Origin: Haliotis rubra
Lineage: Eukaryota
DNA length: 64,000 nucleotides
Direction: 5' to 3'
NCBI RefSeq assembly: GCF_003918875.1
Contig: NW_025767179.1
Span: forward strand, 434,001 to 498,000
Shown here: piece by piece, positions 13,222-26,358 of the stretch
Position numbering within the stretch: position 1 is the first letter of the stretch
Layout of the letters: every line of letters begins with the position of its first letter
The notes under the pieces: generated by a model
Seen by the model: only the letters and a program-made list of their open reading frames with translations
Database searches by the model: none
What the model was told of the DNA's origin: nothing
Made by a program: the position numbers and the translations under genes

Positions 13222-14561
13222 TACTGAGTCAAAAAAGAAACATTCTTTCCTAAGGGCACTATAAAAGAACAATAGATGGTAAGATGGTTAAATTGTTATT
13301 ATTGTATTGCTGAGATCTGTGTGATGTACTCGATACACTGACAGTGCCATAATCAGTTCCATTAGGCTACACCGCCGTTCCAAAACATGGGTAAACAGAA
13401 CGTCAAGTCACAAGAATAAAAATGCGAAATTTTCAGTTCAATATCGTGTATGGCCGCCCCGCACATTCACCACTGCCAAACACTGTCTCCTCATCGACTG
13501 CCTGATGCTTGTGAACACGTGGTTGGGGATTCTGCGCCATTGCTCTTGCAAGGCAGCGCCAAGTTCCTGCAAATTCTGAGGTTGGTTCCTAAGACCACGA
13601 AGCCTTCTCCCAAGTGCATCCCAAACGTGCTCTATTGGATTAAGGTCAGGGGACCTCGATGGCCAGTCCATGACGTTGATTCCAGCGTTTTGAAGGAAAT
13701 TTCGTGTCAACATCGCGGTATGCGGCCTGAATCTGTCGACTTCCTGTACACAACATTGGGCATACCGTTCACGACGTCGTCTCCAGACTCTATGCCTGCC
13801 GTCCTCGAATCTGAGGGTAAACCTGGATTCATCGCTAAAGACGACTCGATTCCAGTCTCTCTGGGTCCATCGGAGGTGACGTTGGGCCCACAGCAGACGT
13901 TGACGTTGATGAAACGGCGTCAGTATTGGCCCACGATATGGACGTCGAGAATGGAGATTGGCAGCCCGCAACCGATTTTGAATGGTCTGTGAGGACAGTC
14001 GACCTCTAAACATCTCAGCCCTGGTTCGTGTAGCCGGCAGAAATCTGTCACGTAGGTGACGTAGGACGATTTGACGGTCTTCTGCTCGTGACGTCACACG
14101 TGGACGACCCGACCTTGGGCGATCAGACGTGGTGCCAGTTTGTTGTAGACGACCTCGCAAGTCATACACAGTACGACGGCTGCATCCCATTACTCTTGCG
14201 ACGTCAATAACTGATCTTCCCGCTTGCAACATGCCACGTTGCCCATTTGACAATCGTGGCATTTCAAGTACCGTTAGAACTGTGGTTTAAAAGTGTTTTT
14301 TCAATTCTTGAGGCCAATGCAAACACGTGCATATGAAGAAAACTTCGATGCGAAGATCACGTGATCGACTGCACGTGCAAAACCTGATTTGGCACTAACG
14401 TCATTTGCACGACGAATTGATGGGTTTGAGTGGGTTTTGCTAACGTTTTTCTAGAGTCGAAAGATAGGGATCCCATTTCGGATACATAGATGTATCATCA
14501 GAGAAAAATTATTCATTATTTTTCAAATTACATTTTGTGAAGTTTCTTTTTTGACTCAGTA
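13222..14561 (-). mobile_element. Tc1/mariner transposon with internally deleted transposase
   Basis: Perfect 20-bp TIRs tactgagtcaaaaaagaaac at 13222-13241 and 14542-14561, flanked by TA. ORF 13438-14262 has the HTH region, VVFSDESRF and WPSRSPDLNPIEHVW, but the segment carrying the second catalytic D is missing. Confidence 0.93.
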
Positions 14562-16160
14562 TATATTGATGTACGGGTGTAACTAATAGTCCAGTCTCTA
14601 CTTTATCACGGATGTAGGATGTGAACACGGGTTGATAAGTATGGAATGAGAAGTGGTGTCACAGATTGGTTGAGAGCTCCTTTTGCAGCTACATCGGCCA
14701 TTGTATCACTAGTGATTCCAACATGGCTGGGTAATCAACTAAAGACGATGCCATATTGACCAGCAGCAAGATCATTGTATGATTCAGTTCATTCGAATAA
14801 AAGTCTATCTGTAAAAGTGATCGTCAATTATATGAAGATTAACGACCTCTCAAACCAAGATCATGTGTTTTGACCAGATAACAATAAACCGATATATAAT
14901 ACGTGTTGTTTAGTTACAATAACATTTTAACATGTGTCACATTTGATGAATTGTAAGCAGCCAGTATTCTCATGGTTGTCAGCAGAGCCTTAGTAAAGAG
15001 TGGTTGATGGTGTTGGAACCATGGGCAACTTTTGAAATCTAAAGCATCGGAGTGGATTGGGAACATGCACAAAAACATGTACTTACAAGAGCTGGTACAT
15101 TTCTTTTCATTACCACGCAGCTAAATGCAAATACTGCAACGCACTCATTTGTGCATCTTAATTCAATGGAAATTTGTGCTAATTGGAATAACTCTAACAA
15201 CACACTGCCTGGGGATAACACAATTATGCATAACACAATCCACAAGTTAAAACCTTACAGCAGTATATTTGTATGCTTGATTGCAAATACCACGACTCTG
15301 CTGACGAAATCATATTGATGGTATAATAATACTAAGCATGACAATAAACATGCGTAACAGCTGCAAGTAGCTGTACCTACATCCATTCAAGTGGAGATAA
15401 TTATTTACAGTGGCAGGTACTTTTTGTATTTTAAAGCAACAATATCATGTTGATCATGTTAGTTCGATTACTCGCATGACGTGAAGTACTCGCAAAGTTA
15501 GAGAGGCGCCGCCTGTTATACCTCGTTGGTGAGTGGGGGAGCAGTATTTAATATTATTGTTTAACGCAGTATTGAACAGATATATGTTTACCAGTACGTG
15601 TCAAATTAATATCATTTAGGCAAAAAGAGAAATCTATAAAAAGACGCCAAAGTCAGAGCAATGACTATGTTCAGGAATTGTGGTCTGGTTCATTGAAAAG
15701 TTTATTTTACATTCTGAATAAAAGTATATACTCCTTATTAAATTTTAAAACTAATCCATGTCTCAGATAATTGCAAGTAGCTGCGCAACTTCGTTTTACC
15801 TATTTTAATGTCATGTACTAGTAAATTCGAAACCTAAAAGCCAGAGAACATTCAGTCTCGACCGTCCGGGTGTAAAAGGCAAAACATTCTTTTGAAAACA
15901 CATCACCGTTAGTCCGGGGACACAAGTGCTATAATCACAGACGGTACTGAGGTGTTCAGCTTTGAGAAAATACTTGCAGTCAGCACGTGGTCATCTCTTC
16001 ACATCAACGACTTCACCACATCTATACATGGATAAGGCGTCATTCCCCTAACAAGGATCTGCGACCACTAGTTAAAAGAATGTTATTAATCCAGCTGCAA
16101 TGTCATGCGAACAGCAGATGTACTGAACGAAATAAGGGCAACACTTAGTAGGGGCAGCAT

Positions 16161-17261
16161 GTGAGTGGAGAAGAGTGTCTATACTTACCCGCAAGATCAC
16201 CCGATTTGATGCACACTGAACGCGTCTGGGATGAAATGGAACGACGTCTACGACGTCATCCGAATCCTCCAACAAAGCTGCAGGAACTACGACAAATTCT
16301 TCTTCTATATGGAAAGATCTTCCCCAGGATTTCCGTTGACAATTAGTGGCCTTGAGTGGCCTTAGGCGAATGTACCTGATATTCTTGAATACAGTTTGAC
16401 CTTAGCCGTTCCCCTTCTTGCCAGTACACTCGTGCTCTACCATCAGCATACATCAGGGAAAACCTGCTTTTATCCGAAAAGAAGACTCGCTGCCAGTTTC
16501 GTAGTTGCCAACGTTGAACACTTTGTGCCCACGTCAGTCTGTCACGTCGATGTTGCGGCCTCAGAACAATTCCACGGTAGGGTCGATAGGCTTGGACACT
16601 AGGCCCGTAGATGTCTGTACACTGTCTGCCTGCTGATGCGATGTCCCAGTGCCGTCGCTGCCGTAGATGGTGCAGTAGCGAAGCAGTCGAGATGAATAAT
16701 GTGGTTACGACGGTCTTCGATGGGCGTGGTCACTCGGTGTCGGCCTCTGCGAGGGCTGGCTGACGTCGTACCTGTCTGTCTAAAACGTGCCATTAGTTGT
16801 AGACCACGACTGTTGCAGACTGTTAACGGCTGCAATGGAAGTTTGTAGCAATGGCAGCGTAACTTGCTCGTTGATGGGCAATTCCTATGGCTCGCTCCTG
16901 TCGTAAGAGGCGACTAACGGGATCGGGTGGTCAGGCTCACTGGCTTGGGTGACACATGTTATCGGTCCCCAATTGCGCGGATCGATGCTCATGCTGTTGA
17001 TCACTGGGTTGTCTGGTCCAGACTCGCTTATTTACAGACCGCCGCCATATAGCTGGAATATTACTGAGTGCGGCGTAAAACTAAACTCACTCACTCACTC
17101 ACTCACTCTACAAACGATATTGAATAAAGTGTGTTTTGTCGAATGTTTTCGTTTTCTGGATGCTCGTAATATGTAAGAAGTACCAGTTTATCTGTCAGAA
17201 ATACTCCCATTTAAAATAAGCAAAATAAATTGCAATTAACTATCTTTTGGACATCAGTATA
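16161..17261. mobile_element. Tc1 fragments in both orientations, interrupted by a SINE
   Basis: Plus strand 16161-16346 PARSPDLMHTERVWDEM. Minus strand 16599-16835 RFRQTGTT...RISRQTVYRHL. A Tc1-like terminus ...catcagtata lies near 17261. Confidence 0.65.
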
Positions 17262-18419
17262 GGCGTACACGGAAAATTGAAATTTGGGCTGAACTGAACA
17301 TGGACGTTTCGTATTCAATTTACCCGCATCGAATGTGCTGTCGGCATGCTTATCTTTATGTCCTCTGTGCTATCCGCTCTTCTTGAAAATAGTTTAGGCA
17401 ATCAATAGCTAAACGAAAGACAAAAGTTGCCAATGCTGAAAACGTAACGAGCGACCAATGGGATCGGGTGATCAGGCTCACTGACTAGGTTTGACACATG
17501 TCATTGTATTCCATTGCGTAAATCGATGGTCATGATGATCATCACTGGATTGTCTTGTCCAGGCATGATTGTTTACATACAGCCTCCATATATGTTGAAT
17601 ATTGCCGATGCGGCGTTAAGCAAGACACTAAACAAACAAACATATAGGAAACCCATTTGTTCGTCGCTGTGATCGCTGAAGAAGTACAGTTATTTCCGAG
17701 TTATTTCTGTCTTAATTACCGGAAATGATTGGTTTTTAAAAACACCCAGAGGCCCTTAAATCTAAAGACAAGACCTCGGGACATTGTCTCAGCTGACATA
17801 CCAATAAGCTGTGGTCATATTGTCAGTTTAGATCTAAGGTCAGGATCACTTCCTCTGTTTTCGATAATGTTATGTGCCAGGAGAGATTGTTGCAAATATA
17901 CTTCATGTCAAAAGTTTAGACTCACTTGTGTAAATATAGCCACTTACTTCAGGAAACTCTTCTAAACTTAATGTTGCAACATATTCCATGCTGTTTAAAG
18001 GTACTGTTTACACATGAGCTGATGTATTGTAAAACAAATTCGTAAAGTTGAAAAGAATATTGTCATGAGTTCAATAAATAATAAACATCAGTGAAAATTG
18101 GCGAATTCTTAACAAAACTTTACACCAAAACGCAGCTGTTCGCGTGCACTATATTTGCACAATGCTTTTCAGCAATTCGATGCATGATCCTCGTGCAATT
18201 CATCTGCATAAGGTTTGCAGTTGGTTCCCCTAAGTTAGTGGAAATTACCATCTTCGATGTAACACATATCATATAGTGAGTGTTTTAAGTGAGTCTAAAC
18301 TTTTGAAAGGAAGTATATGTATATATTTGTAGTGATGGTCAATTGAAACAAATGACTGAAACGCTCGTAAAATAATGGATGTTGATGACAGGTTTCGTGA
18401 CTTGACAGTTTCTTGAAGT

Positions 18420-19560
18420 GCCTGTTTTCCTCTAATAACATAAACACATGACACTTTTATGGATAAAAACTTCGTTTTATTCTTTACACGACGTTTCAGA
18501 GCTAATTCTTGCTCCTTCATCAGGTGAATACTGAGTCAGTACAAAGAGTGAATATATATAGATAAAACATGTTTCCACAATGCAAGGAGGGAGACTGTAC
18601 AAAGATAACAATATAATTACGTAGCCAATAAGATTACGAAGCCATTAAGATTGGATTAATGCATAAAGAAAATCCAAGAGTGGGTGTGGAGTGATGTACA
18701 AGAATAACAACATATTAGGAAACCAATTGGATAGGATTAATGTACAAAGATAACAATGAACGGATGAAGCCAAGAGATTATAGGACAACAGAGTATACAC
18801 TCGGAAGGTAAATGCCTTGGTCCCGGTTAATGGCTGGCTTCTTTCTCTGGATCTCGATACTTTCTTGAAGTTTCCGCTTCTTCCAGTGGTTGATGTTTGT
18901 GTGTAGATTCTGGGTTTGTTGTCAGGAAATATGATGGTTGGGATTTTTTATGAGGTGTTCCGAAAGGGCAGATTTCATGTCAGCTATTTCTACAGAGGTC
19001 TTGTGTTCTTTTATCCTGGTAGATATGGGGCGTGATGTCTCTCCTATGCATTTGTCTCCGCAGTTGCATGCTATTTCGTATACACATCCTCTAGGATTTG
19101 GGGTGGACTCAATGGGGCCTTTCCCATTAGCATGTAGCATATTCTTTAGTGTTCTGTCTGATGTGAAAGTGACATCTGTTTTGGCTGTACTGCTGATCTG
19201 GTGACTTATGGGACCTAGGTATGGGATACTGACGAGGATAGGTGATGGGGCTGGTTTGGACTTGGGATTAGGGTCTTTTTGCTGGCAGGCCAGGGTTTTG
19301 CATATGGCCTTCTCTACTAGCTGTTTAGGGTATCCGTTGAGGGCACTGAAGGTGTGCGTTTAGGTGATGGATTTCTTGGCCGAGGCAGTCTGAATTGCAG
19401 ATGGCTATGGCTCGTCGGGTGAGGGTGGCAATGATGGCTTGTTTGATCTGAGGGTGGTGATTTGACAGGTAGTGAATGTACTGGTCCGTGTGGGTCGGTT
19501 TGCGGTAGACGGCAGTGTGGATGTTGTCTTGACTGTTGTCGAGTTGTACATCATGAACGC
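18420..19560 (-). mobile_element. 5'-truncated, frameshifted Penelope-like element
   Basis: RT C-terminal motif AVYRKPTHTDQYIHYLSNHHPQIK (19325-19530) and GIY-YIG GCVYEIACNCGDKCIGETSR...RIKEH (18922-19140), followed by a pseudo-LTR with a hammerhead and AATAAA. Boundaries are approximate. Confidence 0.88.
18486..18527 (-). ncRNA. Minimal type I hammerhead ribozyme (canonical core, GUC site)
   Basis: cac-CUGAUGA-a-GGAGC-aagaauua-GCUCU-GAAAC-GUC/gug. Confidence 0.85.
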
Positions 19561-20809
19561 ATTTAGCACAATTTCTATATCTCCCAATTTCAGTCAGAAG
19601 CTCAACCTGATACACATAAATATAGAAAAAGACAACTTTAATAAATATGGAGAACTCGCAATACAAGGATGCGTTCGCTTATGGTCAATACTAATATTGC
19701 TGAAAATTGTGTGAGAGTCAGATAAGGAAACACACCCGAAATGTTTGGACTGTCACTCGAAAAGCTTGGGAACCAGATCCGTCCTTGCAAATAAGCACTT
19801 CGCTAAGTAACCATTTTGCTTGGAAACATATTCAAAATTGGATCCGTTGAGACAAATCCTCCATTTAAGCCACATATCTTTCGTACCGTACAACCTGTTG
19901 GCATCAATAATCATGGCCCATTATGAAATTTGTCGCAGAAAACAAAACATATTAAATCACCACACGGCATTCATACGTTATGTTTGGACTCAGTAGGCTA
20001 TTTATGTAATGTCAGGCGAATTTCAGTGCGAACAAATGATGAGTAATAACTGAAGTAGTGAACTATCTCCCGTGTAGTACAATATATGTGAAACCAATGT
20101 AAGACAGTTAGCTTCTGACCATTGTATTTGTTTGGTATCTCCTGAGCGTGATACGAATTTTCCAGGTAGCTATTCGCTTTTACTCACTAATTTACTCACA
20201 CGAGGCAACATCTTCATCAGGCAATGACCGTCAGCTTCATTCCACAAATGGTGATATTTATGTTTATGACAAAGAAGAAGATTTGGGATGTCGACTTTAT
20301 TACACTTCGTAAATTCCAGTGCTTACACTTAGATCAGATTTACTGCTTGATAATGTGAATTCCTTGCAATTAACAGTGCATTAGTTGAATTTACGTCAGA
20401 TCGGCAACTTCGTAACGACAGGAAGTAATACACTGAAGATTCATTCATGTACTCATTATTAAAAGCTGTCATCGATCTTCACACTATTATATCAAACCAA
20501 TCTGTGATAATTTGAAAATGCTAAAACATTATTCAACAATATAACATCTGGCATAGAACGCCACCATACTAGGGACCGTGGGGACATACAATGCTTCAGT
20601 ATATAACCGAAACAAACTATGTGCATCAAGACTTATCAATAAGTTAAATTTCTTTTAAAACCAATGAGTACATGAGAACTTGTAGGATGAAAAATCCTCG
20701 TTGTGGAAAATCAGTACAGTCAATCATGACATCAAAAGGGATACGAAATGGAGGATCATCACTTTTTTTATGAATATTCATGTGTGTACATGTATCTGAT
20801 GAGGCCAAC

Positions 20810-21020
20810 CGCCTCCGTGGTGTAGTGGTTAGAGCGTCCGCCCGGAGAGCGGAAGGTCGCAGGTTCGATCCCCGACCGCGTTATACCAAAAGACGTTAAA
20901 ATATGGTACTTGTTGGTCCCTGCCTGGCGCTCGGCATTAATGGGTACAACAAGGACTGGTCGGCTCGGAGTCAGTATAATGTGTCTGAGTGGGGTATTCA
21001 TGCTTCACTGCGGCATGGTA
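20810..21020 (+). mobile_element. tRNA-headed SINE, possibly Meta-domain type
   Basis: A box GTGGTGTAGTGG and B box GGTTCGATCCC, followed by ataccaaaagacgttaaaatatggtac...cctgcctggcgctcggcatta. Confidence 0.65.
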
Positions 21021-22370
21021 TCTAGAATAAATTTTGAATTATCTCCCCTTTGCTATTGGGCCTAGAGCCTAGAGACTTATAAGGGGGATATCTACACATC
21101 AGTGCACATCTGTGTGATTATTTGTAAGCGATTCGGAGCATTGGTTTAGGAGTTATGTTTGGTACAAATATCGGCGGAATGATAAATAATAATAATACGA
21201 ACGATTATGATAGTTCTCCTGCCTACAGGCAAGGAGCCCTAAATATATCCATTACTGATCATCATTAGATGGGGTTTTTTGGCAAACGGAATGATCACAT
21301 CCAGCGCCCAGGGGAGAACAAAAATGATATGCATTAAATAGACGTAAGTTAAAGTATCTGTATAAAATCCTGGATTATCAGATGTAGTTCATTAAGACTA
21401 GTCTGTAGACCTCGACAATCCCACGGTATAATATGACAGGAAACAATTCCTTTGGAGATTGTATTATTGATCTTCACCTTGCCTTCCTTAAGGGCGACCA
21501 GCTGCGTGCCCTATTTTAGATGTTTTCGAACACATCCATATCCTCTAAGAATCCAAACTTGGACTTTGTTATTGGACCTTTGAGCTCTGTCATTTTGACA
21601 TGTTTGTAACGATTCACACAAACGATTTGATTTTGGTTGTCTTGTCTAATTGCTCAACATTCAGGATTTGATGTTGACTGGGATGATTTCGCCTGGGAAG
21701 AGGAATCATGACCACAAGTTGACACCGGAAGTTGACACCATTTAAATAGATCTTTCAGGTGACAAATCTGAGGAGAATGAGTTCAGACCCATGGCAAGGT
21801 CGTTAGACTGCTTGCAAATGATTTAGCTGCTTTAATTAGTGGTTGTATGGAAGCATGGGTCTCTCATAATCGACATGATATTCTTCTGGATCCAAACAAC
21901 AGTGACACAAACAACTGTGCCATCATCTTTGGATCATCAGTAAATAAAGAGAGATACTGTATACTCTAATTCTTTGGTGGAAAAATAAAACAAAATCATT
22001 ATACAGATCCTGATAGAGAGGATTAAAAACACAGTTGTATGCAGGAGTGGACGCATTAGAATATGGTTTGAGACATACTGCAAAGATTTGATTTGAAAAT
22101 GTTCAGCAAAGGCTGTGAAAGGAGAAGTTCGTAAGGAACCACGACAAAGTCTTCGACCTTGATGCTGGACAGAATCAAGTACTTTAAGGCTGTTTTTACA
22201 GGCTCCACCGCAGACGATGCAGTCGTAATCAAGTTATGAACGGACCCGTGATCTATATAAATAGACCTGACACAACCCTTAAGTTCCATATCCACAAGGA
22301 ATCTCTGTCAAGAACAGAGTCGATTTTACAGCTGTGACTATATCGTGAGCAGAGATTTGTTTCAGCAGTA

Positions 22371-22637
22371 TTACAGGTGTAGGATATTGGAGACAGATAA
22401 CGGCATGTTGACACACAATTCAGTAGTCATCAGGTTTGTTGCTTTCTGACTGTTACTAGCAATGTACCAACGTATGCATTTGACGTTATTGGCATCACCT
22501 GCAGTTCTTTGTATGCCCTCAGACACGACAAAAGGGTTGACATTTATCTGTGCCTTATCTAGAGTCTTAATCACTATGAAACGTAGCCAGTAATCCAATG
22601 AATTAGTCAGGCTATGTTCATTATCATTAAGAGTCAA
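22371..22637 (-). mobile_element. I-group LINE ORF1 fragment
   Basis: WLRFIVIKTLD...NPFVVSEGI is homologous to WVRFLVIEALD...NPFAISKAV in ORF1 at 36589. Confidence 0.55.
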
Positions 22638-22827
22638 AATATAGGCGAATTATTGCCGATGTAACTATAAATCATCGCCTGCTACCGTATTTGTTTCAAT
22701 ATATTCAATAGAAACACGACTTCAAAATGGGTTCAACAATAATATTATTATTCAATATACATAAATTAACTACGAAAATTGTGTGTCTTGCTGCTTTGAT
22801 TTCGATGATCTTCGGTCTTCGGTGGCA

Positions 22828-25800
22828 TCACATGTTATTGCGTTTCCTTTTCCATTTATCGTAAGACATAAACATAAACAACCCACACTGAAGTAAACCT
22901 GCACCGGAAACCATGTATACAAAGGCATTGGCACCAATCATACTCATCATCAGGCCACAAATAGCTGGGCTGACCAAAACCCCTATATAGTTGTAAAATA
23001 AAATCGCATTCAGAAACCAGAGTGACCCGTCCGAATACGCCTTCATCCATGCAAGAAACCCTGGGTATATGGGACCTATTCCGATAGCAAACAGAAGACT
23101 GTTTGTCCACATCATGATGATACTGGTGTCCTTAAATATCAGGAACAGAACAGATGTTATACTGGATAGCAAAACGAAGAGTACCATGATCATGTCAAGA
23201 CTTATCCTAGCTGAGAGGACGACACTGCTTAATCTGCTGAGTAAGATGGTGACAGAAAACACAGAATACATCATGGACATGTCGCTGAGACTCAGGTTCA
23301 AATGCGTGCGAATTCCAAAGGTTACGAAGAGCTCCTGAAAGAATATAAGAAGGGTAGAACAGGTGAAACTAAAACATATCGTTGAACACATAAACAGGGT
23401 GCTTCTGTTTGCTGCTGTTGTCTTATTCCTTAGTGGGGGTACTTCCATGACGTCACCTTCTTTTAGGATAGTATGGTAACAAAACATTAGGCCTGTGGCC
23501 ACAAGAAGACATAATCCTGACATGATTATGAAGGGGTATCGTATGTTGGTATTGAAACCGTTGCATCTCTTCTCTGAATTAGGAGGAGTTGTTGTCGTGT
23601 TGCAGAACGCTTCTTCTGAACCAGTGCTCTGTCGATTGTGCCTGAAGAGATTACCCACAAGTGGAACACTTATCGTGTTTAATGATGCTCCTGACTGTAC
23701 TAAGGCCACAATAAAAGCGTTGTTTGGCCATATGACGAAGCAGTGTAAAGTTCGAACTGAAATAAATAAATAAAGGTGTATCAATTTAAGTGATACCAGC
23801 AGATGTAGTGTCACGGGAGGTATTTATGAAATCTTACAATATGTATGGTAACACAACTGCATGAAAAAATACTGATGTGTATCGACCGATAATGCCAGCA
23901 CCACAGATGTCTAAAACCAGCGAGAGCCAATCTCGATTTCTCTTTGACTATAGATGTGATTCCAGCATATGAAACGTCACAGAACGAATTAATAATATCT
24001 AAAAAAGAAAGGGACATGATTGTATGTGTGGCAAGGGGTAACACTGCACCAAAGAGGCGTACATCAGACCGTTTTACCCGATGGAGAAGCATGCAACGTA
24101 TTTATCTTACCATGTTAAATGTACAAAATATCATTTTATTTTGTTTTGAAGATCGTTACCGACTAAATGACAGGTAAACAAAATGGCGTCTGCCTCTCGA
24201 CTGGATTTTTCAAATCAGTGAAACATTCCGACAAGCTTAAAACTGCTATAAAAATTGTTAACGATGTTTAAGTTGAGTGTGCAAACGATTCAATGTATAA
24301 AATAGTTTAAATAAAGCAGTGAAAGTCGGTAAAATAAATGCGTACATAGTGAACTCAAAAACAGCTAATCGAACGGTTTTCGAACTCCGGGCATTGCATG
24401 CGTCATATTATGACGTCATGCGATTGTGAGCGATACAGTTCCTCGGCGGAGAGTTTGGCGGTTACCGTGGCAGCGGGTAATATTTTTGACAAGTTGTCAT
24501 CCTCCTGGGAGGTGTGACACGGAGACTTGTTAAAGCGTCATTTACCAATGAAATTTACATGAAGGTAAGATAATGACATGTGTATCGACGAATAATGAAC
24601 CAGCACCGCCCTCCAGTTGTTTGTAATGATAAGAGCGAATCCAGGTTTATCCTTTGGGATGCAAATGCCCCATGATGTGACGCTTTGCCCACTCCTTAAA
24701 CGTTTCTGGCAGGCACTTATATTCGTGACTATCACTCATGACTATCATTCGTGAATCTCTCTTGCATGCTTTATGTTGCATATTGCATTAGTTCCCTTTC
24801 GTTGCTTTGAAACTTCCAATCATGACAAATCAGCTGGTATTCGAACTTATGATTCTTGAGACGACACTGATAAAAATTAGCACCAATCGATGTTGACAGC
24901 AACATTTCAGAAACATAAGTAGGGCTGCAGAACATGCTGATACATTAAATTGTATGCTTACCAAATACACAAATCCCTGTACACCAACCAGCAATGAGGA
25001 GCAAGAAGATGGTCAGCCACAAGAACGGAGACGTGGGTACAGCAGCAATAACCACAGCGTTTAATACCAATATTGTCGCCAGGAACAGACAAGTATCCAC
25101 CTTGTCCTTGATGAAATGTACAGTCAGGCTACTACAGCACAGACCTAAACCATAGGCACACAGGAGGGAGCTGGATGTCTTCAGGTCCACGCCCAGCAAA
25201 CACTGGATGTCGGGTAAGGTTACTCCGATCAAAGTTAACGTCATCTGTCATGAGATATTTAACATCAATAATACGTATACACGACATGAGAGTAAAACTG
25301 TTACGTCGCATCGACAGTTTAGGTATGCATAAAAAGAGTCATAACTGTAAAGTCAGAGGCAAAGGAAACCATCTTACATATGATTTAGCTGAAATCGTGC
25401 ATCATCATTGTTCCGAATCATATTTTGAATCATATACTCATTAGAACATTACAATAATATTTACAGCAGATTAGTGGGCGGACTATAAGCCACCATCAGC
25501 CAAGGAAGGTTACCTTGCTGGATATCTTGAGGACTTTTTTTTTGTTGACAGCACTGTGTGTTTTTAGATGAATGAAATATACTAAACGTATAATGTAACA
25601 GTTATATTTGGGATTACACTTTCTCAGTATAGTACAGATTCTAGTACTTTTTTGGGGTTGAGTCCCATCCGGGATTCGAACCCACACCCTCAGAGTCAGG
25701 CACCTAATCGCCAGCACACAAAGTCAGACGCCTAGACCGCTCAGCCACCGCGGCTCCCACAAAAATGGAAGTCGGACAACTGGTAGTCTAGACTGCAGAC

Positions 25801-26358
25801 TTTGTGTACCCCTCTGATAAGCGTTAATTGGCACGGCTCCCACGGCCGAAAGCTATGAAATACACAATGCCATTTTAGAAAGTGGTCAAATGTAACATAT
25901 GTTATATTTGGGATGACACTTTCTCAGTAAAGTGTGTGTGCTGGCGATTAGGTGCCTGACTCTGAGGGTGTGGGTTCGAATTCCGGCTCTGAGGGTGTGG
26001 GTTCGAATCCCGGATGGGACTCAACCCAAAAAAGTACTAGAATCTGTACTTTACTGAGAAAGTGTAACCCCAAATATAACATATGTTACATTTGACCACT
26101 TTCTAAAATGGCATTGTGTATTTCATAAAGGTATAATGTTTCCAATTATTTCAACTGCCTTACCGTAACATAGGCTGCACCAAACAACACCGCCGTGTAG
26201 ATGATGCGGTTAAGGTTGGAGATATCACGCCTTCATGAAATAGAGATCCAATAATAGCTGTAATACATTCCACAAATTATCATACATGAAGGATATCAGG
26301 TAGGGCAAAATATTTACATATGTGCTCTCTCCACCCTCAGCTCTTACCTGGCTCCCAT
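22828..26358 (-). CDS. MFS transporter paralog 2 (MFSD4/NAGLT1-like), apparently intact
   Basis: Exons 26358-26348 (ATG GGA GCC AG), 26230-26164, 25244-24962 and 23756-22828. GT-AG sites and phases match paralog 1, and the frame is open to ...YDKWKRKRNNM*. Highly similar to paralog 1, including intronic blocks. Confidence 0.8.
25597..26125. mobile_element. tRNA-containing non-autonomous retroelement with Penelope-type tail and inverted arm
   Basis: 300-bp periodicity (gttatatttggg at 25601 and 25901). Pol III A box TGGCTGAGCGG and B box GGTTCGAATCC on the minus strand. Inverted partial copy at 25932-26125. A 14-bp TSD taaa(c/g)gtataatgt lies at 25583-25596 and 26126-26139. The element is absent from the homologous intron of paralog 1. 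Confidence 0.8.

Noticed and set aside
13450-13992. 180-aa antisense ORF and similar ORFs opposite transposases or MFS exons
   Set aside because: Shadow frames of real coding sequence with no recognisable motifs.
25660-25758. Functional tRNA genes (also 20810-20885, 52109-52185)
   Set aside because: A and B boxes are present, but acceptor stems do not pair properly and the sequences run into repeat bodies. They are SINE heads.
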